From NCBI RefSeq assembly GCF_016432865.1, contig NC_067401.1, forward strand, positions 30,628,001-30,692,000: a stretch of DNA of 64,000 bases. Direction: 5' to 3'. The stretch comes from Antechinus flavipes (taxonomy: Eukaryota). The position numbers and the translations under genes were made by a program. The notes below the pieces were generated by a model that searched no databases, was not told the origin of the DNA, and saw only the letters and a list, made by a program, of their open reading frames with translations. Positions 58,443 to 64,000 of this stretch are shown here, piece by piece; the first letter of the stretch is position 1; each line of letters starts with the position of its first letter.

Positions 58443-60349
58443 ATGGCTAAAGATATCCTGGGCGATGCTGGCCTGCACTTTGACGAACTGAACAAGCTTC
58501 GAGTGTTGGACCCTGAGGTGACTCAGCAAACCATAGAACTCAAGGAGGAATGCAAGGATTTTGTGGACAGTGAGTAGCCCTTGGCCCTGTCTCCTACAGC
58601 TGCCTCCCCCAAGCCCAGAAACCAAGCCTTCTGTTGCCCTCTGTGTGAGGAGGTTAAGGGACTATTGCCTTTGCTCACATTTAAAGACTGGGTCCCTTCT
58701 CATGGGCTTGATCTGTTACTGAGAAGCACAAGAGTCTGGACCTGGGCAAGCACCTTATTGCATAGGCCCCTTCTCCTCAGACTCTGAGGCAGTGGGCATC
58801 ATCATGGTAACTGCCCATCCCTTCTTGACAGCATTCTTCTCAGTGCATAGGAGGGGATTGGATTTTCATTCACGGCATTAACAATTTAGGCATTAAATTC
58901 ACCAGCTTAACGTGTACAAAATTTTGCCCAGGCAAAACAGGCCCTGAAAGAGCTCTGACAGAAAATAAAACTTAATTTTTCTTTCCTTGAAAGAAATCGG
59001 CCAATTTCAGAAAATAGTAGGTGGCTTAATTGAACTTGTTGACCAACTCGCCAAAGAAGCTGAAAATGAGAAGATGAAGGTAAGGTTAGAATGTCAGTGT
59101 GTGCATCTTAATGAAGACTTTGTTTTCTGACTTTTCCTGCCCTCATCCTTCCCCTTTACTCCTAGCCACCATGAGGCAGAGGTAGGGCTTTATTCTTCCC
59201 CATTCCTCTTAATTTCTCTAAATGGCTTTCCCATGGTTTCATCCTTTTAGTAGAATAGCTGTGTCTTTGTCCCATTTTCTTTGTTCACCCCCCTTTCTTG
59301 AGCTGCTTTGGGGGAGGTTGAATATATCTGGAAAAGGCAGCTCAGTTTTCTTAAGTCATCTGTCTCCATAGGCAATTGGAGCTCGAAATTTGCTCAAATC
59401 CATAGCAAAGCAAAGGGAGGCCCAACAGCAGCAGCTCCAGGCTCTAATAGCAGAGAAGAAAATGCAGCTAGAAAGGTAAGAATCGTGAGAGAAATTGATC
59501 TCAGCTCATTGCAGTCTCAACTTTTGCTATTAGGTTTCCTGTACCCAGCCCTACTTCACCTCTTCCTTTCATTGCAGTCTGGGGAACCCCATTTTAGAAC
59601 TCTTGACTAATCAAAGACTTGTCTTTTGATGGAAAAGATTACTTAAAATAAAAGTAATCTTTTATTTTGTTTATATTGAGCAATTTTTTTTTTCACTCGA
59701 TCTTTCTCTCCTCCCTCTCCTTTCCAGTAAGTTATCCCTTATAACAAAATAAGAGAAAAAAATGCATCAGTAAAACCAACTTGTCATCTGACTAATGGTG
59801 TTTTCATCCTTTATCCATAGTTCCCCCTACTGAGCAAAGAAGGGAAGTGTATTCTTGGCTCTTTTTGGTCATTTTTAGTGTTAGATTTGGGAAAACTTAT
59901 TTCTACCTTTGTCCAGAAGCGGGGGTGAGGGGAGGAACTTTAGAAGCAAAAGTGAGGTTACTGGGATTATGGCTGTCTTCACTGTAGGACTGAAAATTGT
60001 CCCAGATTTTCCGGAAAGAAATGTGTTTATAGTAGATAGATTCTGGGATTATGATGCATTTCTTTTCCATCTTTTATTTAATTTCTTCTGTCTTCTTGTT
60101 CTCACTCCCGTTTAATGATTACCTATTTTAAAAATTTTTGGACTTTCTTGCTTCCTCAGAATCATTTGACCACCTTGCTTCCATAACATGTGCACACAGT
60201 AGACAAGTGGTTTGTTTTCCATTTTTTCATCCCTTTTTAGGATTTGTAACAATTTTCTGTCTTTCAGGTATCGGGTTGAATATGAAGCTTTGTGTAAAGT
60301 AGAAGCAGAACAAAATGAATTTATTGACCAATTTATTTTTCAGAAATAA
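58443..60349 (+). CDS. IFT20: Intraflagellar transport protein 20, 4 coding exons, 132 aa
   Basis: Exons 58443-58569, 58994-59079, 59372-59475, 60268-60349; total 399 nt. [26 protein letters not shown]...[13 protein letters not shown]. Probable non-coding exon 1 ends at 54973 (CAG|GTAGGT). Confidence 0.98.
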
Positions 60350-60699
60350 ACTGATTTTTATAGTAAAAACCCTATAAAAAAAAACAAACAAACCTTCCAA
60401 CTTCTCTTACCCCCAAGCCTTTATCATTCCAATAAACTTGATGACCACATGTGCATATATGCAATTTGGGATTGTTAACAGATACCATGTCTTCTGGAAA
60501 GGCAATAACAACTTTTTTTAGAATCCTGCCCAATTGTAGTCAGTTGGCAGTAACCAGGGCCTGCCTGTCCAGAAGCCAGGACAGCAGGGGTGACCTCTTT
60601 GCTGTGTACTCACCTATGTTGTCAGTTTGTGACCTCCAGCTACATTTGTAAACACCAGTCCTTTTTTGGAATCATCTACCACTTTGAAAGGAATAAGGC

Positions 60700-60713
60700 A
60701 ATAAACGTTTATT
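60700..60713. terminator. Palindromic double poly(A) signal between IFT20 and TMEM97
   Basis: AATAAACGTTTATT is its own reverse complement. IFT20 has more proximal AATAAA hexamers at 60345 and 60431. Confidence 0.5.
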
Positions 60714-61708
60714 TCTAGATTTTTGTAATTTTCTTGTTGCACTTTTGAATTCACATTTGCAGCTCTATTGCAGATTCTTCCCTAGTAATCCACGAAAGAA
60801 GTTGAGATCAGCAGCCATTTTTATTGAATTCAATACACTAGAGTCAGTTTTCAACAATTAAAACAAATATCAATTTATGAGGAGGACTTTATAAGGAGGT
60901 CACAGCACATCATGAATAAATGAAAAAGCCTTTATTAAGTGCTCACTCAGCCCCTGGAATAAGCACTAGAGATACAAATACAAAAAAAAAAAAGGCTACC
61001 TTGCTGAAGAAGCTTACATTCTAACATAGAAGACAACATATACAAAGTACTAGTGGCCAGGGTAACGTACTTTATTTTGGGAAGTCACAGGGATAGTGAT
61101 TATATCTTTCCAGAAATGGTAGCTAATTTGCTTACTGTTCCCAAAGATAAAGGGCCAAAGGAGAAGTAGGGAACTTGGGGGGTAAGGGTGAGTGGGGAGG
61201 AGAATCAAGCCTATGGCAGCATGACAGGATTGCTAGGATGCCTCCAGGAGAGGAGCCCCATAGGAAAAAACTGGGAAGCCAGCCTGCATGCTGCATGTAT
61301 TGGCACCCAGATTTCCAGGACCTGCAAAGGCAGTGTTGATTGGGTCCTGTTCCACTCTATCGTGAAGAATGTTAAACCGCTTTGAGGAACAAATTTTAGT
61401 TCACTAAGTCCAGGTACATGCAGCAATAAGAGAACAGGATCAACAGCTACTATTCATATTACTAAGTGGAGACTTAAATTGTGATAGAAAAGATGATAAT
61501 TTTAAGACACTAGACCATACAATGTTATAATTAACAGATTTTGGAGAATGAACAATTTAATACTGCTTGGAAACCAAGGTTGAGATTAGAGTATCTTTAA
61601 AAAGACAAGCCCTAGAATTCTTGGAAATCAGAAAGACTCAATCAAAGCACCAGTCAGAATATTTGTGATCAAAGAGTTTGATGGGAATGATTCTTGCTTA
61701 AATATTTA

Positions 61709-61862
61709 GGGGGCAGCTAGGTGGCCCAGTGGGATAGAGCACCAGCCCTGAAGTCAGGAGCACCTGAGTTCAAATCTGGCTTCAGACATTAACACTTCCT
61801 AGCAATGTGACCATGGGCAGTTAACTCCCAATTGCCTCAACAAAAATTAAAAAAAATTAAAA
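61709..61862 (+). mobile_element. WSINE1-like short SINE
   Basis: GGGGGCAGCTAGGTGGCCCAGTGGGATAGAGCACCAGCCCTG...GAGTTCAAATC...AACTCCCAATTGCCTC plus an A-tail. Confidence 0.8.
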
Positions 61863-62537
61863 GCCTTTTTCCATTGAACATTAATTCCCTTAAAAAAAAA
61901 AAAAAAAGAAAGCCTAAAGAATCCCATTCCCTGTGAAGAAATGTTTCTAGAATGGAGGGGGAATAATTTATATAACTCTTTAAAACTAGCTCTAAAAGTA
62001 CAAATCTGAAATTGACAAGGATTTTGGAGTACTCATTTATTAGACCTGTGGGTCTATGAGAGGTCAGGTATTTTTGCACTAGTTTGGTCTGATTTGGGTT
62101 GAGAAAAACAATTTCTTGAAGAATTGGAAAATGGCTTGTGAAACGTGTTTTTTTAATCAGTCCCATTATATGGCTTGGAGAAGAGAGCACCAAGTAGTTG
62201 GTCATTCAGATTATAGGTCAAACTAACCTCTAGCATCTGACTCAGACAGTTTCAAAGAATCTCTAGTTCTGGGGATTCTGGTGGTGTGTCCCTTTGAGTA
62301 ATTCTGAAATGGCATTTAAGGCACACACTAGGTATTCAGTACTGTTTCCCTTCAGCTTCCCCTGGCCAGCTTCAGGGAATAAATCTTTCACAATTCCCTT
62401 GGCAGATGAAACCTGGAATGAGCTCTTCCACCTGCTGTCTTGTTCTCGGGGGTTGCTGCTGATGTGTTTCAAGGGGGGGCTGGAGAGACTGTGCCCAAAC
62501 AAGGGCCAGTGGCTCTCCCTCCCTTGCCAGCAGTTCT

Positions 62538-63899
62538 TTACCTTGTTTTCCTTTTCCTCTTCTCTTCAGTGCTGTAGTGAGGACTCCAAAGCATAAAAAA
62601 GAGGAGTATGAGTGGAATGAAGAAGTATGGGGCATAGATGGATAAAAGATTGAGGCGTTCTTGGAATGTCCCGGGGCCTTGGGCAAAATTCTCAAACAGA
62701 ATATGGGCGCCAATGGGAATTAAAGTCGTCATGGTATGGACTGAGTAGATAATGGCAGGGATGCGGATCCACTTGCAACTTCCTAAAAGATTACAAGGGG
62801 AAAACTCGAATGTTTATAATGCTTTAAGGAAAAAAAAAACAATCTGAGAAATATGTATATATATATAGTATACATAGTATACTATATATATATATATATA
62901 TATTTCCCTGGGAAATCGAGGCATAGTTCCCTTTAACCAGTCCAAAAGAAAATCAAACTTATTGGCTCTGCTTGCTGTGCAAGCTTCCTGCTCCTAAAAG
63001 GAGGACAGAATGTGGAACTTGAAATTCCCTACCAAATATGTGGGACTAAATCATCATATAGTGATGGGGCTTGTCAATAGATCAGTATCAAGAAAGGTCC
63101 TAATGGGAGAGGCGCCTACTTAATGCTGCTTTAGCTTAATATCATGTACTCCTTCTGGTATCATGAGAAGGAAGTGGGGAAAATAATTTTGAAAATACTG
63201 ACGTCCAGATCTTTAAGGGATAGCATGATGCTAGGTTCACTAGGCCTTCCCCAACTATAAAATCAGACAAGATGGAGGGAGGCGGCGGCAAAAACTATAG
63301 CTAGTGATCAGCAACCATGAGTTTTAACAAGTATGAACCATGCCAAAGTGTGCCTATCTCTGCAGTACCCAATGAGTGAGAATCACCTATATACTAGTAG
63401 CTAATCTTCGGACCTTAGCTGGTGGCTCCAAAAGTCTTTTTTCTGCCTAGATCTCTGACTTGCCTTTCCAGGCCCCATTCAATTTTATGCTTCTTCTCTT
63501 CCCTTGGGCCTTTCAACTTCCCAAGACTACAAGTCTCTGCTGCTGCTTCCAAAATGACCCCCAGCTTTTGTTTCCTTGTCCTTTAAAACCTCTTATTGTC
63601 TTGCCTCCTATGCCTGTTTTCAGGAGTATTTTCTGATGGTTCTCAAAGCTCTTCTCCCCAGCCCCCAATAAGCACACTTTGGACAGAGGCTTAGTTTTTA
63701 GGTAAAAATGAGGCTTCAGGACATAATCACTGAAGATCCTTTCCCACTGCTTACCTTTGAAGAAGGCATATGCTGCAAAGGGAAAGAAAGGCAGCTGGAA
63801 CACAAGCTCACAAAAAAGAAACGACTTGAACCAACTTGGCGGCTTCAGCATCAGGGGGTCTTTAAATGCCTGGACATACCACTTCAGCATGTCTGTCAA
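62538..63899 (-). CDS. TMEM97: TMEM97 (sigma-2 receptor, EXPERA domain), partial: last two exons; exon 1 lies beyond the right edge
   Basis: Exon 63899-63755 (LTDMLKWY...FKDPL...[18 protein letters not shown], donor G|GTAAGC) and exon 62782-62538 ([23 protein letters not shown]...EEKRKRKTR*, ending in a KxKxx ER-retrieval-type tail). Confidence 0.96.
62851..62903. repeat. (TA)n-rich microsatellite in the TMEM97 last intron
   Basis: atatgtatatatatatagtatacatagtatactatatatatatatatatata. Confidence 0.85.
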
Positions 63900-64000
63900 C
63901 TGAGAGAAACGAGAGGTGAGCTCCTGCCCCCTGCACACTCCCACATGTCTTCAGCCACCCAATTGGCAATGATTTCATTAGATATTGAACTGATCAGTTT

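Overview
This is vertebrate genomic DNA from a marsupial, probably Australian and dasyurid-like, judged by WSINE1/Mar1 CORE-SINEs, marsupial L1 3' ends and a BovB-type RTE fragment. The window is orthologous to human 17q11.2 and holds eight genes in conserved order: SARM1(-, exons 1-2 only), VTN(+), SEBOX(+), TMEM199(-), POLDIP2(+), TNFAIP1(-), IFT20(+) and TMEM97(-, last two exons). I traced all coding exons by hand through GT/AG boundaries and the frames close without disruption. Gene identities and all comparisons with human come from my recall of those proteins, not from a database search. The most unusual structure is in TMEM199 intron 2: a 47-bp minisatellite built from the end of exon 2 and its 5' splice site. 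It places nine identical decoy donors directly behind the real one, each reachable only through an in-frame stop, plus older degenerate exon copies further into the intron. Other notable points are a perfect AATAAACGTTTATT palindrome between the convergent IFT20 and TMEM97 genes, paired opposite-strand poly(A) signals between POLDIP2 and TNFAIP1, substitutions in the SARM1 NMN-sensing loop, a Ser-Arg-His repeat in the vitronectin heparin-binding region, and a K50 homeodomain motif cluster downstream of an intact SEBOX. There are two N gaps (942-1122 and 32826-32969).
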